DNA of 64,000 nt. It comes from Thermoanaerobaculia bacterium (GTDB lineage: Bacteria; Acidobacteriota; Thermoanaerobaculia; UBA5066). The DNA lies in the NCBI GenBank assembly GCA_963816185.1, contig CAWFJJ010000025.1:352001-416000 (forward strand), in the 5' to 3' direction. The translations under genes and the position numbers were made by a program. How positions within the stretch are numbered: position 1 is the first letter of the stretch; every line of letters starts with the position of its first letter. Shown piece after piece: positions 38,110 through 47,970 of this stretch. The notes beneath the pieces were generated by a model. The model was not told the DNA's origin, did not search any database, and saw only the letters and a program-made list of their open reading frames with translations.

Positions 38110-39460
38110 CCGCGTTGCCCGGGCGCTTCTCTGCTCGGCGCTCCTCGGGGGAGCCTCGGGTTGCGCCGGGTCACGCCCTCTTGCTTCGTCCGCGGCCCCG
38201 CCGCGGCTCGGCCGGGCCAAGATGAGCATCGTCGAGAACAGCTACGCGTGGGGCAACCGAGCCTTCAGCCGCCGTGACTGGCAAAGCGCGTCGGAAGCTT
38301 TTTCGCGCGTCTACTCGGCCAACCCGAAAGACGACATTGCGGTCTATCTCGCGGCGGCGGCCGGGGTGCGCGCCGGAAGGCCCGAGGCGGCTTTCGAGTG
38401 GCTTCAGCGCCTCTGGGAGATGGGAAGCTGCCTGACGCCGAGCCCGAAGTCCTTCGCCGCGATTCAGAGCAACGTGCGCTTCAAGGACGCGGACGCCATT
38501 CTTCGCGCCCAGGCCGCGAAAGAGCATCGCGCGGCCGTGGCGTTCACGGTGCCGGAAAAGGACCTCGTGCCGGAGAGCATTGCGTACGACCCCGTCGAGA
38601 AAGTCTTCTACATCTCGAGTCTCTGGAAACGAAAGATCGTCCGGGCGAAGCCCGGCGAGCCCGGAGCACCCGCCGCCGTCAGCGACTTCGTGGAGGAGGG
38701 CGCGGACTCTCTCGACGCCGTACTTGGAATCAAGGTGGACGCCAGGCGCCGCCGCCTGTGGGCCGTGAGCGGGGCCGAGCCGGAAATGAAGGGCTTCAGA
38801 ACCGAAACCTACGGGCGCTCGGCCCTCTACGAGTACGACCTCGTCTCGAAGAAGCTCGTGAGGAGGTTCGCCCTCCCGGGGCCGCCGACCCACCTCTTCA
38901 GCGACCTCGTCCTCGACGCGGCCGGCAGCGTCTACGTGACCGACGCCGAGTCGGCCGAGGTTCACGTTCTGAAGGCCGGCGAGGGAGAGCTGAGGACGCT
39001 CGTCCCGAAGGGCCCGTTCGTGGCGCCGAACGGCATCGCGCTGAGTGCGGACGGGAAACATCTCTACGTGGCCGACGTCGCGCAGGGCCTCTTCCACGTC
39101 GACCCGGCGACAGGCGAGGTCCAGTCGCTCGACCAGGCGCCGGGCATCTTCCCGGCGGGCCTCGACGGGCTCGTCACCCACGAGGGATCGATCATCGGGA
39201 TCATGAACGTCGTGAGTGCCGGGCGCGTCGTGCGCTGGCGGGTCGCGGCGGACGGCATGGCGCTCGAAGACGGAGAAGTGCTCGAGTGCGGGCACCCCAC
39301 GTTCCATCAGCCCACGAGGGGCGTCGTGGCGGACGGCGCGTTCTATTTCATTGCGAACAGCCAGTCCGACCAGATCGGGGATGGAGAGCTCGCTGTCGAA
39401 AAGCTCGAGGACGTCGTGATCCTCAAGCTGCCGCTCTCACGCCATAATCCCCGCCCATGA
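38099..39460 (+). CDS. Putative lipoprotein, TPR plus SMP-30/gluconolactonase-like propeller
   Basis: Lipobox-like ASGC; PESIAYD, PNGIALS, GLDGL. Confidence 0.75.
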   Translation: MPRSRVARALLCSALLGGASGCAGSRPLASSAAPPRLGRAKMSIVENSYAWGNRAFSRRDWQSASEAFSRVYSANPKDDIAVYLAAAAGVRAGRPEAAFEWLQRLWEMGSCLTPSPKSFAAIQSNVRFKDADAILRAQAAKEHRAAVAFTVPEKDLVPESIAYDPVEKVFYISSLWKRKIVRAKPGEPGAPAAVSDFVEEGADSLDAVLGIKVDARRRRLWAVSGAEPEMKGFRTETYGRSALYEYDLVSKKLVRRFALPGPPTHLFSDLVLDAAGSVYVTDAESAEVHVLKAGEGELRTLVPKGPFVAPNGIALSADGKHLYVADVAQGLFHVDPATGEVQSLDQAPGIFPAGLDGLVTHEGSIIGIMNVVSAGRVVRWRVAADGMALEDGEVLECGHPTFHQPTRGVVADGAFYFIANSQSDQIGDGELAVEKLEDVVILKLPLSRHNPRP

Positions 39461-39613
39461 AAAAGCTCATGTGGGTGATTCTCATTCTGGCTCTTGGCCT
39501 CGTCGCCGTCGTGGGAATCGCCGTCGCGGCTCTCGCCCTTCGCCGTCCTGCGTAGCGGCCGCCGTCGGCCGAGCGCATCGAACTCACCTCCGAGCACCTC
39601 GAGCGCGGCCGTT
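39457..39613 (+). pseudogene. Truncated 5' gene fragment, possibly a membrane-anchored cytochrome c
   Basis: MKKLMWV..TM..RRPA*RPPSAERIELTSEHLERGR; in-frame TAG at 39553; ends at the cassette array. Confidence 0.5.
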
Positions 39614-39646
39614 GTTGGGCGGCCGGTAGTTACAGAGGCGCATCGC

Positions 39647-40120
39647 CTACAGCGCTTCTGCCAAGCGCTTCACGCCCTCAATGGTGCGCAATGCCCTGCG
39701 TGCCATGAGACGCCGTAGAAAGAGAGCGTTCAACACTCGCATCTTCCACCCAATTGGTTCGTAGTAAGCTTCAAGAACCACATCCGTCTCGAAATCCCCA
39801 TTCGGTACCAGGATACTGTCCACGACAAAGCCCCGCAACATCTTGCTGATTCCCCAGGTGTCTTCAGGAAAAGCCGTGGCGAATCGTTCGCCCGGGACGT
39901 AGTCGACGACCTCTTCAACACAACTGCCCTTCCTACCCTTCAGGACCGTGCATCGGTACTTCACGCCAGTCGCCCTCGTGCTCCGCCCTGATAGGAGATC
40001 AACCTCCCCGACCTCCGCATGGTACTTGGGAATCAGGGATATGTCGTCAACGATCGCCCATAGCCGGTCGCGCGAGGCCCTGATCCTCAACGATGTTCTC
40101 CACTGAAAGCGCCCTCTCAT
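39647..40120 (-). CDS. SRPBCC/polyketide-cyclase-family cassette gene
   Basis: IRASRDRLWAIV..IPKYH N-terminus; C-terminal helix GVKRLAE. Confidence 0.75.
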   Translation of the reverse strand: MRGRFQWRTSLRIRASRDRLWAIVDDISLIPKYHAEVGEVDLLSGRSTRATGVKYRCTVLKGRKGSCVEEVVDYVPGERFATAFPEDTWGISKMLRGFVVDSILVPNGDFETDVVLEAYYEPIGWKMRVLNALFLRRLMARRALRTIEGVKRLAEAL

Positions 40121-40185
40121 CTCAGAGTTCCGTCCGCTTCATGAGTGCCTTGTCCGCAGTTTGCAGCCGTCACTAACGATCCTGC

Positions 40186-40572
40186 TCATTGGCCCTGAGG
40201 CGGCTGCCATAGCTCGACCTTGTTTCCCTCTAGATCAATGACCCAGGCAAACTTCCCATACTCGGATTCGTCAATCTTCTCGAGCACTTTGCAGCCTTCT
40301 TCCTTCAAGACCTTGACCAAGGCGTGGAGGTCTTCCACTCGGTAGTTGACCATGAAGGGAGCAGGGCTCGGAGCAAAGTGATCACTTTCTTCCGGATCGA
40401 TGAGCCAGGCAGTTGTACCCGCAACTGGTTTGCCCTCGGCGTCGGTCCAAGTGAAGGCAGCGCCGCCCCAGCCTTGGACATCGATTCCCAAGTGCCGCTT
40501 GTACCAGGCCTGCAGTGATGGAGCGTCTTTGGCCTTAAAGAAGATGCCGCCGATGCCAGTGACTCGTGTCAT
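40186..40572 (-). CDS. VOC/glyoxalase-family cassette gene
   Basis: RVTGIGGIFFKA, YGKFAWVIDLEGNKVELW. Confidence 0.9.
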   Translation of the reverse strand: MTRVTGIGGIFFKAKDAPSLQAWYKRHLGIDVQGWGGAAFTWTDAEGKPVAGTTAWLIDPEESDHFAPSPAPFMVNYRVEDLHALVKVLKEEGCKVLEKIDESEYGKFAWVIDLEGNKVELWQPPQGQ

Positions 40573-40618
40573 GTGACCTCCGGTGCGCGGTGGTGGTAAA
40601 AAGAATGTGCCTTCTGCG

Positions 40619-40697
40619 GTTTAACGATTCAAGCTCAGCGGCGAGGAAAAAGGAGCGCAGCGTCTGACGACGAGCCCATTGAAGCGCGTTGTTAGGT
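40619..40697 (-). repeat. Complete attC site
   Basis: Minus strand: ACCTAAC-AACGC-GCTTCAAT...GCTGAGC-TTGAATC-GTTAAAC. Confidence 0.8.
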
Positions 40698-40726
40698 GGC
40701 GACCGGGGTAAATGTTGGGCCTGAGC

Positions 40727-41056
40727 TCACTGGTGCCTGACGATATCGACTGAGATCTCCACCGCCCGCGTCGTTCCTCTATTCTCAAGCCAATGCGTGG
40801 TGTTCTTATCCTCGGGCCAGCCCACTCCCGGCCCATACTCCTTAGCCACTTCTTTCCGATGGTCAGTGATCGTTCCTTGCAGTATGTAGACCATGCCCGG
40901 CCTGTCTTTATGTTCGTGAATCGGGCCGAAGACGCCTCCAGGTTCGATGGTCACCATGCGCATTCGAAGTTGGCGCCCTGCCATGCCCTCGATTTCGGGG
41001 CCAAGGTCAAGCGCTGCTAGTAGCTTCACCGTAACACCTTTCGTCTCAGGTGCCAC
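40727..41056 (-). CDS. Cupin-domain cassette gene
   Basis: IEPGGVFGPIHEHKDRPG..HW. Confidence 0.85.
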   Translation of the reverse strand: MAPETKGVTVKLLAALDLGPEIEGMAGRQLRMRMVTIEPGGVFGPIHEHKDRPGMVYILQGTITDHRKEVAKEYGPGVGWPEDKNTTHWLENRGTTRAVEISVDIVRHQ

Positions 41057-41230
41057 CTGCTCGTTTCGAATCGTCGTCTCCTTTCTGTACGTTCTGGTCG
41101 CCTAACGATATCGTTTCAATGAAGACGAGAAAAGGGCTGTCCTCGCCGACGTGGTCACCGAAGAATCGGGCCACACAGTTTAACGGGGTCAACCTCCGAG
41201 GAGGTGCCCCAAGCAAGGGAGGACAGCCCG

Positions 41231-42334
41231 ATGAAATCTTATGTGGGACTGGACGTTCACAGCAAGTCGAGCGTTTTCATGATTCAGAACGAGCGGGGAG
41301 AGGAGCTGGGACGAGGCGAGGTGCCGACCTCTGTGGAAGGGTTTTCCTCGTTGCGGCTACGTTTCAAGCTTCGCGCCTCGACGCTGGTGGCTCTCGAATC
41401 GGGGACGATGGCGTTTTTTGCGGCGCGAAAGCTCAGTGAGCTGGGGCTTTCACCTGTCGTGGTGGATGCGCGAGAGGTCAGGATCAAAGCCCATCGGCCC
41501 CGGCAGAAAAGCGACACGAGAGACGCCGTTGAACTGTGCGAAGGCCTGCGGCGTGGAATCTACCGGTCGATCGTGCATGTGCCGCCGGAGAAGATCGAGC
41601 ACCTTAGAAATACCCTCTCGAGGCGCCGCCATTTCGTGCGTCTCGGGACGGCGCAGATCAACGCGGCGAAAAAGATGCTCCGGAGCGCGGGGCTCTCCGA
41701 GCTCAGCCGCCAGCATCTCGGGACCCTTCGCGCGTGGCAGCGCCTTCTTGGGGCCCTGGTTCCACATCCGCAGGTAAGGAGCTACGTCGAGCTTCACCAC
41801 CGCGCCTGGCAGACTGCCCTCGAGCAGAAGAACGCGTGCGAGAAGAGCCTCGAAAGCCAGCACGCCGCCTTCGGCGAAGACCTCGAGAGACTCAAAACCG
41901 TTCCAGGAGTCGGGGAGATCGTGGCGCTGACGGCAATCGCTGTCTTCTCAGACGCCACGCGCTTTCCGACCGCCAAGCATGCGGCGAGCTACGCGGGGCT
42001 CGTCCCGCAAACCTACCAGTCGGGCGAAACGAACCGCCAGGGCCACATCACCAGGACGGGTTCGCCGGAGCTGCGGGCCATGCTCGTGCAGGCGGCTCAC
42101 ACGGCCAGGCGGCAAAGCAGCCCACTGAATCCGTTTCTGAGAACTCTCACGTTGCGCCTGGGGACACGCCGGGCTGTCACCGCCGTGGCGCATCGTCTTT
42201 GCCGGGTTCTTTACGCGATGCTTCGAGACAAGACGAGCTTTGATCGATCGATGCTGAAAGCCCACGAGCCGCGCACGGCGGTAAAGGATGCCCGGATCTA
42301 TCGACTGAAACCTCAAGCGGCAAAGAGCCGCTGA
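41231..42334 (+). CDS. IS110-family DEDD recombinase/transposase
   Basis: VGLDVH, ALESG, KSDTRDA, VPGVG, YAGLVP..QSG. Confidence 0.95.
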   Translation: MKSYVGLDVHSKSSVFMIQNERGEELGRGEVPTSVEGFSSLRLRFKLRASTLVALESGTMAFFAARKLSELGLSPVVVDAREVRIKAHRPRQKSDTRDAVELCEGLRRGIYRSIVHVPPEKIEHLRNTLSRRRHFVRLGTAQINAAKKMLRSAGLSELSRQHLGTLRAWQRLLGALVPHPQVRSYVELHHRAWQTALEQKNACEKSLESQHAAFGEDLERLKTVPGVGEIVALTAIAVFSDATRFPTAKHAASYAGLVPQTYQSGETNRQGHITRTGSPELRAMLVQAAHTARRQSSPLNPFLRTLTLRLGTRRAVTAVAHRLCRVLYAMLRDKTSFDRSMLKAHEPRTAVKDARIYRLKPQAAKSR

Positions 42335-42530
42335 AGACGAAGAAAGGAAAAGCACGCCGCAAATCTTGCCGAGAATCGGGTGGATGACCCTGCTGCTGAG
42401 CATTGGGCCTCAGAGCCCGGGATATCGTTTGGGGCGCCATCCGCTGAAGTGATACGTGGGGCTCTGACCCCGAATGGACGAGTGGCCGGCTGTTTCGTGC
42501 GGCGCAAGCAAGACATTATTCAGCGAGGGG
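42335..42530 (+). ncRNA. Candidate bridge/seek RNA of the IS1111 element
   Basis: Stem TCAGAGCCC/GGGCTCTGA (42410-42467) enclosing target-matching segments; boundaries are a guess. Confidence 0.55.
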
Positions 42531-42564
42531 CTTGACAGGAATCTTCATGGGCAAGCTCAGCGGC

Positions 42565-43113
<549 letters not shown>

Positions 43114-43242
43114 TACGTAACAGTACCGCCGATGGGGTTTCGATGCTCGTTGCAGCCTAACTGGTATTAGACGGCAAGTGGGTCGGGGAGGAAATCGACA
43201 TCGCTATCCCAATTCTGGCGCGAATGGGTAGAGATAGCCAGA

Positions 43243-43758
43243 TTGCGGTGGGCAGGGATATTCGACCCTTACAGGCGAGCTTGCTGGTTCGCGCTTCCCG
43301 CCTCGGGGCTCGCCGCAGCGTTTCTCGCCTCGGTCCGCGGCCGGCGGCACATGCAGATCCTGGCGGGACTCTTCGGCCTCCTGCTCTGCCTGCACCTGAG
43401 AAAGCGGTCTGCCGAGACGTACGAGGACATTCTCAGGGTCCAGCTCGGCACGGCAGAGGACATCGAGTTCCTGAAGTCGCTCCGGCAGGACCGGTTCGAT
43501 CGGATGGTCTTCGTGCCGCTGACGGAGGACCCCCTGAACGAATGGTTCCAGGGGCCCTTATTCGAGTACTACACGGATCGTCCGGTCGCGATCCTCGATC
43601 CTGAAAAGACGCCGCCGAAGAGCGGCGAGAAGCTGCTCGTGCTCAAGTGCGAAGAGCGACACCTCGCGCTCCACGAGCTCGAGAGGCGCTTCGGATTGCG
43701 GCTCACGCACGAAACCTGCGGGCCGCCGTTCTGCGCCTATGACGTCGGGGAGCGCTGA
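43243..43758 (+). pseudogene. Probable C-terminal remnant of a membrane protein
   Basis: No clear start or SD; begins mid-hydrophobic segment next to the array edge. Confidence 0.35.
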
Positions 43759-43761
43759 CCT

Positions 43762-44793
43762 TTAGTCCCCGTCCTGGAACCTGCGGATCCGGGGAGCCGC
43801 GAGCGGCGCCGCGGGGACCGTGCCGCGGCGTTCGAGAAGGTGCCTCACGATCGCGACGGCGTGGAGCCGGCCGTTCTCGATGAAGAGGGAGCCGATCCTC
43901 TCACCCGCGGCCACGACGCCGGCGACGTAGAGGTCCGGCACGTTCGTCTCCATCGTCTCCGGGTCGTGGACGACCTGAAGGTCGTCCGTGACGGTGATGC
44001 CGCACGTCTCGAGGAGCGCGAAATCGGGCCGATAGCCCGTGAGCGCGAAGACGAAGTCGTTCGGAACCGTGAAGATCTTCCCCGCCGTCTCGAGGACGAC
44101 GCAGTGCTCCTCGATCCGGCTGACCGTCGTGTCGAAATGCGCGCGGATCGAGCCTTCCTTGACGCGGTTCTCGATGTCTGGCTTCAGCCAGTACTTCACG
44201 CTCGCCCCGAAAGCGCTCTTGCGGACGGCCATCGTGACGCGGACGCCGTTCCGGTGGAGGTCGAGCGCCGCTTCGACGGCGGAGTTCTTTCCTCCCACGA
44301 CGAGGACGTCCGTGCACGCGTGCGCGAACGGCTCGGTGTAGTAATGCGACACCTTCGGTAGGTCCTCGCCGGGAACGCCGAGGAGGTTCGGGTTCGCGTA
44401 GAAGCCGGTCGCCAGAGCGACGGCGCGGGCCATGTGGACGCCCTTCGCCGTCTCGACGCGGAAGAGAGCGCCTTCGCGGTTCACCGAGAGCACGCGCTCG
44501 TGAAGACGGATCGCGAGCCCCTCGCGGTCGGCCACCTTCCGGTAGTAGACGAGGCCCTCGCGCCGCGTGGGCTTCCCGGATGCGGTGACGAACGGATGGC
44601 CGCCGATCTCGAGCAGCTCGGGAGTCGAGAAGAAGACCGTGTACGTGGGCCAGTGGACGAGCGTGTCGAGGAGCGCGCCTTTTTCGATCACGACGTGCGA
44701 GAGGCCCTGGCGCGCCGCCTCGAGCGCACATGCGAGGCCGACCGGGCCTGCACCGACGACGAGGAGGTCGAGGGGGGCGTCCGCAGTTTCCAT
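43762..44793 (-). CDS. YpdA-family putative bacillithiol disulfide reductase
   Basis: GAGPVG, FFSTPELLEIG, GGKNSA, KYWLKPDIENR, FIENGR. Confidence 0.9.
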   Translation of the reverse strand: METADAPLDLLVVGAGPVGLACALEAARQGLSHVVIEKGALLDTLVHWPTYTVFFSTPELLEIGGHPFVTASGKPTRREGLVYYRKVADREGLAIRLHERVLSVNREGALFRVETAKGVHMARAVALATGFYANPNLLGVPGEDLPKVSHYYTEPFAHACTDVLVVGGKNSAVEAALDLHRNGVRVTMAVRKSAFGASVKYWLKPDIENRVKEGSIRAHFDTTVSRIEEHCVVLETAGKIFTVPNDFVFALTGYRPDFALLETCGITVTDDLQVVHDPETMETNVPDLYVAGVVAAGERIGSLFIENGRLHAVAIVRHLLERRGTVPAAPLAAPRIRRFQDGD

Positions 44794-44833
44794 GACGAGA
44801 GGATAACGGGAGGCGGGCGTACACTTTGCCTTC

Positions 44834-45442
44834 ATGAAGGCCCTGTACCGCTTCGCCGCCCTCGCCGCCTCTCTGCCGCTTCTCGGGTGCGCTTCCGCGT
44901 CCGCCACGAGCTCCGCGGCGTCCGGCGCCGTCCCGGCGCCGAAGAAGGCGATCGTCCTCGTCGAGGCGAAGGGACCGGAGCCGGAGGTCGAGCGTTTCGT
45001 TCCGCGCTTTCTCTCCGCCGCGAGCGACCGTGGCCTCGGCGCGATCGTGGATGCGCGGCTCTCGGGCGCGCGTCTCGCCGACGTGGCCGTGACCGGCGAG
45101 GCGAGCACGGAGTTTCGGAAGGCCTGGCCCGGTGACGTCTATCTCGGCATCGCGCTCGCCCCGTGCGCCATCCGACGGCACGAAGGCCGCGTCTACAACC
45201 GCCGGGCGGACCCGGGGACGGGTCTGGACGTGCGCGTGGAGGATGTCGTCGTCTCGTACGAGGCGGACTGCTCCGTGAGCGTCTCGATCGTGACGGCGCC
45301 GGGCGCGCCCGGGAAAGCGATCGACGTCATCGGCCGCAACGGCACCTCCGAGGTGTCGACCGCCGACACGGAGGCGGAGGCCCAGGCCGCCGAGGACGCC
45401 GCTGAACGCGCGGTGAAAAAGCTCGTCCCGGCGCTGCGCTGA
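44834..45442 (+). CDS. Lipoprotein of unknown function
   Basis: Lipobox LLGC. Confidence 0.7.
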   Translation: MKALYRFAALAASLPLLGCASASATSSAASGAVPAPKKAIVLVEAKGPEPEVERFVPRFLSAASDRGLGAIVDARLSGARLADVAVTGEASTEFRKAWPGDVYLGIALAPCAIRRHEGRVYNRRADPGTGLDVRVEDVVVSYEADCSVSVSIVTAPGAPGKAIDVIGRNGTSEVSTADTEAEAQAAEDAAERAVKKLVPALR

Positions 45443-45465
45443 GCCGGCCGCGGACGCGCGACACG

Positions 45466-45870
45466 ATGGGCGAGCGCCGCTCCCACGGGGTCTTCCTCCT
45501 CGAGGCGCTCGTCTCCCTTGCGATCCTCGGAATCGTCCTGACGCTCGGCGCAAGCTTCCTGGCGCGCCGCCGCGCGCTCGAGCGTGATCGCCTCGACCGC
45601 GAGCGCGCCGTGCGCGCGCTCGCGAGCGAATGGATCTACCTGCGCACGTCGTTCCGAAACGACGTGTTTCCGAAGGACCGCCGGCCGTTCGTGGGTCCGG
45701 GCGATTTCGTGGATGCGCTCGACGAGAGAAACCCGCTCCTCAGGGTGAAGTCGACCGAGGTCGACGGGCTCTGCTTCGTCCACCTCGAGATCGGATACGG
45801 CGAGAGGATGGCGAAGCAGATCGTGCAGGAGGGTTACGTCTTCCGCGGCGCCGTGGGACCGCCGCCGTGA
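45466..45870 (+). CDS. Type IV pilin-like minor (pseudo)pilin
   Basis: HG-VFLLEAL followed by a hydrophobic helix. Confidence 0.7.
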   Translation: MGERRSHGVFLLEALVSLAILGIVLTLGASFLARRRALERDRLDRERAVRALASEWIYLRTSFRNDVFPKDRRPFVGPGDFVDALDERNPLLRVKSTEVDGLCFVHLEIGYGERMAKQIVQEGYVFRGAVGPPP

Positions 45871-46382
45871 AAAAGCGGGACTCGTCTCTCGGCTTGTCTC
45901 TTGGTTTCTCCCTCGTCGAGCTGTGCGTCGTCCTTTTCATCGGCGTGGTTTTGCTGTTCTCGCTGCTGCCCGTTTCGCTGGGCCTCCTGAGGCAGCAGGC
46001 CGGCCTCGACGCGAGGAGGCTGTCCGTCGAGATGTTCCCGCTCCTCTGGGAGCGTCTTTCCGCCGATTTCGCGCGTGCGTCGGCGGCCGTCGTCTCACCG
46101 CCGTTTCCCTCGCCCGCCTTTCGGCTGGATCTCGTGCCGCTCCGCGGGGAGGACCCTCGGATCTCGTGGGCCGTCCACGGGAGCAAAGTCGAGAGGACGA
46201 GCACGAGAGAGAAGGCGGAAGGGGAGACCGTGAGCGCGACCTCGGCCTGGACGCTCCCGGGCACGCTGTCCCTCGATCCGGACGAGCTCGCGAACGGGCG
46301 TCTGCTTTTGCGGTGGAGCGAGGGGAAAAAGACCGAGCTGATCGCGCTGGCCTGCGGCCGCCCCACGGAGAAGGCGCCATGA
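45867..46382 (+). CDS. Type IV pilin-like minor (pseudo)pilin (GspJ/PilW-like)
   Basis: G-FSLVEL plus hydrophobic helix; GTGA overlap. Confidence 0.75.
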   Translation: MKKRDSSLGLSLGFSLVELCVVLFIGVVLLFSLLPVSLGLLRQQAGLDARRLSVEMFPLLWERLSADFARASAAVVSPPFPSPAFRLDLVPLRGEDPRISWAVHGSKVERTSTREKAEGETVSATSAWTLPGTLSLDPDELANGRLLLRWSEGKKTELIALACGRPTEKAP

Positions 46383-46783
46383 GGTCCGGGAGGCGCCGCG
46401 AACGGGGGAGCTCGCTCCTTCTCGTGATGGGGATCCTCGTCGTCTTCGGCCTCGTCCTCGGAGTTCTGGCCACGATTCTCCTGACCGATCTTCGCGCGAG
46501 CCGCCGCCGCGCGAACGACCGCTACGCGGTCGAGCTCGCGCGTTCGGGCGTGGACTGGGCGCGCGCGTGGCTCATGGAGAAAGGACAGGTTCCGCCGGGG
46601 CGCCTGAAGCTCGAGGGCGGCGAGATCGAGGTGCGCGCCGAGGAGCTGCCGTCGGGCGGCCGGCGGATCGTGTCCGTCGGGCGCGTCCTGGAAAGCTCGG
46701 CCGTGCTCGCAGCGCGGGTCGAGATCGCGGTGATGGAGGCCCCCGCCCCGCCGTCTCCTGTGGATCTCAGCGCGACTCCGTGA
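46379..46783 (+). CDS. GspK/PilX-like minor pilin
   Basis: RERG-SSLLLV lacking E5; A..LARSG..WA. Confidence 0.7.
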   Translation: MRSGRRRERGSSLLLVMGILVVFGLVLGVLATILLTDLRASRRRANDRYAVELARSGVDWARAWLMEKGQVPPGRLKLEGGEIEVRAEELPSGGRRIVSVGRVLESSAVLAARVEIAVMEAPAPPSPVDLSATP

Positions 46784-47951
46784 GCGTCACGTTCACGGTG
46801 ATCGTGCGGTCGTTCCTGACGATCCTGACGGGAACGGTATCGCCGATCTTTTGCGACTCGAGCGTGGTGACGAGGTCGTCGTAGCTCGCGACCTTCTTGC
46901 CGGCCACGCCCACGATGATGTCGCCGAGGACGAGCGACCCGTCTTCGTCGCGCCCGGTGCCGCGCAGCCCGGCTTTCGCGGCTCCGCTCCCTTCCTGCAC
47001 GCCGAGGACGAGGACGCCCGAGACGCCGAGCTGCTGTGTGATGGCTTCGTTTGCGGGAAAGATGCCGAGGCGCGGGCGCACGATCCTGCCGTGCGCGATG
47101 AGCTCGGGAACGACCTCGTTCACCGTGTCGACGGGCACGGCGAAGCCGATCCCGGCGCTCGCGCCGGAGGGGCTCGCGATCTGCGTGTTCACCCCGATGA
47201 GGCGCCCGGCGCTGTCGAGCAACGGGCCTCCGGAATTGCCGGGGTTGATCGCGGCGTCCGTCTGGATGACGTTTTGGATCTTGCGGCTCGTCAGCGACTC
47301 GATCGTGCGTCCGAGCGCGCTCACGACGCCGGTCGTGAGGGTCTCGTCGAGGCCGAACGGGTTTCCGATCGCGAACACTTTCTGACCTACCTGCAGCCCC
47401 CGGCTTGTGCCGACGAGAATCGGCGGCAGCTTCTCGGGCGGGGCCGAGATCCTGAGGACGGCGAGGTCCCGGTCCGGCTCGGTGCCGACGACGGTGGCCT
47501 TCCAGTTCGACTGGTCCGAGAGCGTGACGACGAACGAGTCCCCGCCCAGGAGGATGACGTGAGCATTCGTGACGACGTGTCCCTGCCGGTCCCACACGAA
47601 GCCCGAGCCCGCGCCCTGCGGCACCTCGGTCATCTCGAAGAAGTTGATCGCGCGCTTGGCGAGCGTCGTGATGTAGACGACCGAGGGGCTTGAGGCCTTG
47701 AAGAGCGCGATCGTGGCCTTCTCATCCTCGGCGAGATCGCCGCGCGCAACGACGGGCCGCGGGTCGGCCGAGCCGCCCGAGAACTTCTGCGGGGCGGGGC
47801 CGATCCCGTCACGCCGCCCGAGGCCTCCGCGCAGGAGAAAGAACGCTCCCCAGCCGGCGAGAAGGACGACGAGGAGCGGCCCGAAAAAGCTTCGTCGCCG
47901 CACCGAAGGAGGCGGCGGGGGATACCCGATCGGCGGCGGGACGCTCGACAC
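46767..47951 (-). CDS. HtrA/DegP-like serine protease with PDZ
   Basis: TNAHV, DLAVL, GNSGGP. Confidence 0.93.
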   Translation of the reverse strand: MSSVPPPIGYPPPPPSVRRRSFFGPLLVVLLAGWGAFFLLRGGLGRRDGIGPAPQKFSGGSADPRPVVARGDLAEDEKATIALFKASSPSVVYITTLAKRAINFFEMTEVPQGAGSGFVWDRQGHVVTNAHVILLGGDSFVVTLSDQSNWKATVVGTEPDRDLAVLRISAPPEKLPPILVGTSRGLQVGQKVFAIGNPFGLDETLTTGVVSALGRTIESLTSRKIQNVIQTDAAINPGNSGGPLLDSAGRLIGVNTQIASPSGASAGIGFAVPVDTVNEVVPELIAHGRIVRPRLGIFPANEAITQQLGVSGVLVLGVQEGSGAAKAGLRGTGRDEDGSLVLGDIIVGVAGKKVASYDDLVTTLESQKIGDTVPVRIVRNDRTITVNVTLTESR

Positions 47952-47970
47952 CGAGAAACGCTCCTACCTG

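Larger units (their letters stand above)
41112..42552 (+). mobile_element. IS110-family (IS1111-type) element inserted in an attC site
   Basis: Subterminal inverted repeats ATGAAGA (41119) and TCTTCAT (42542); long 3' non-coding region; flanks rejoin into an attC L'-R' arm. Ends uncertain by a few nt. Confidence 0.8.

Noticed and set aside
43173-43758. Integron integrase next to the attI-like site
   Set aside because: No tyrosine-recombinase motifs (R, HxxR, Y) in either orientation.
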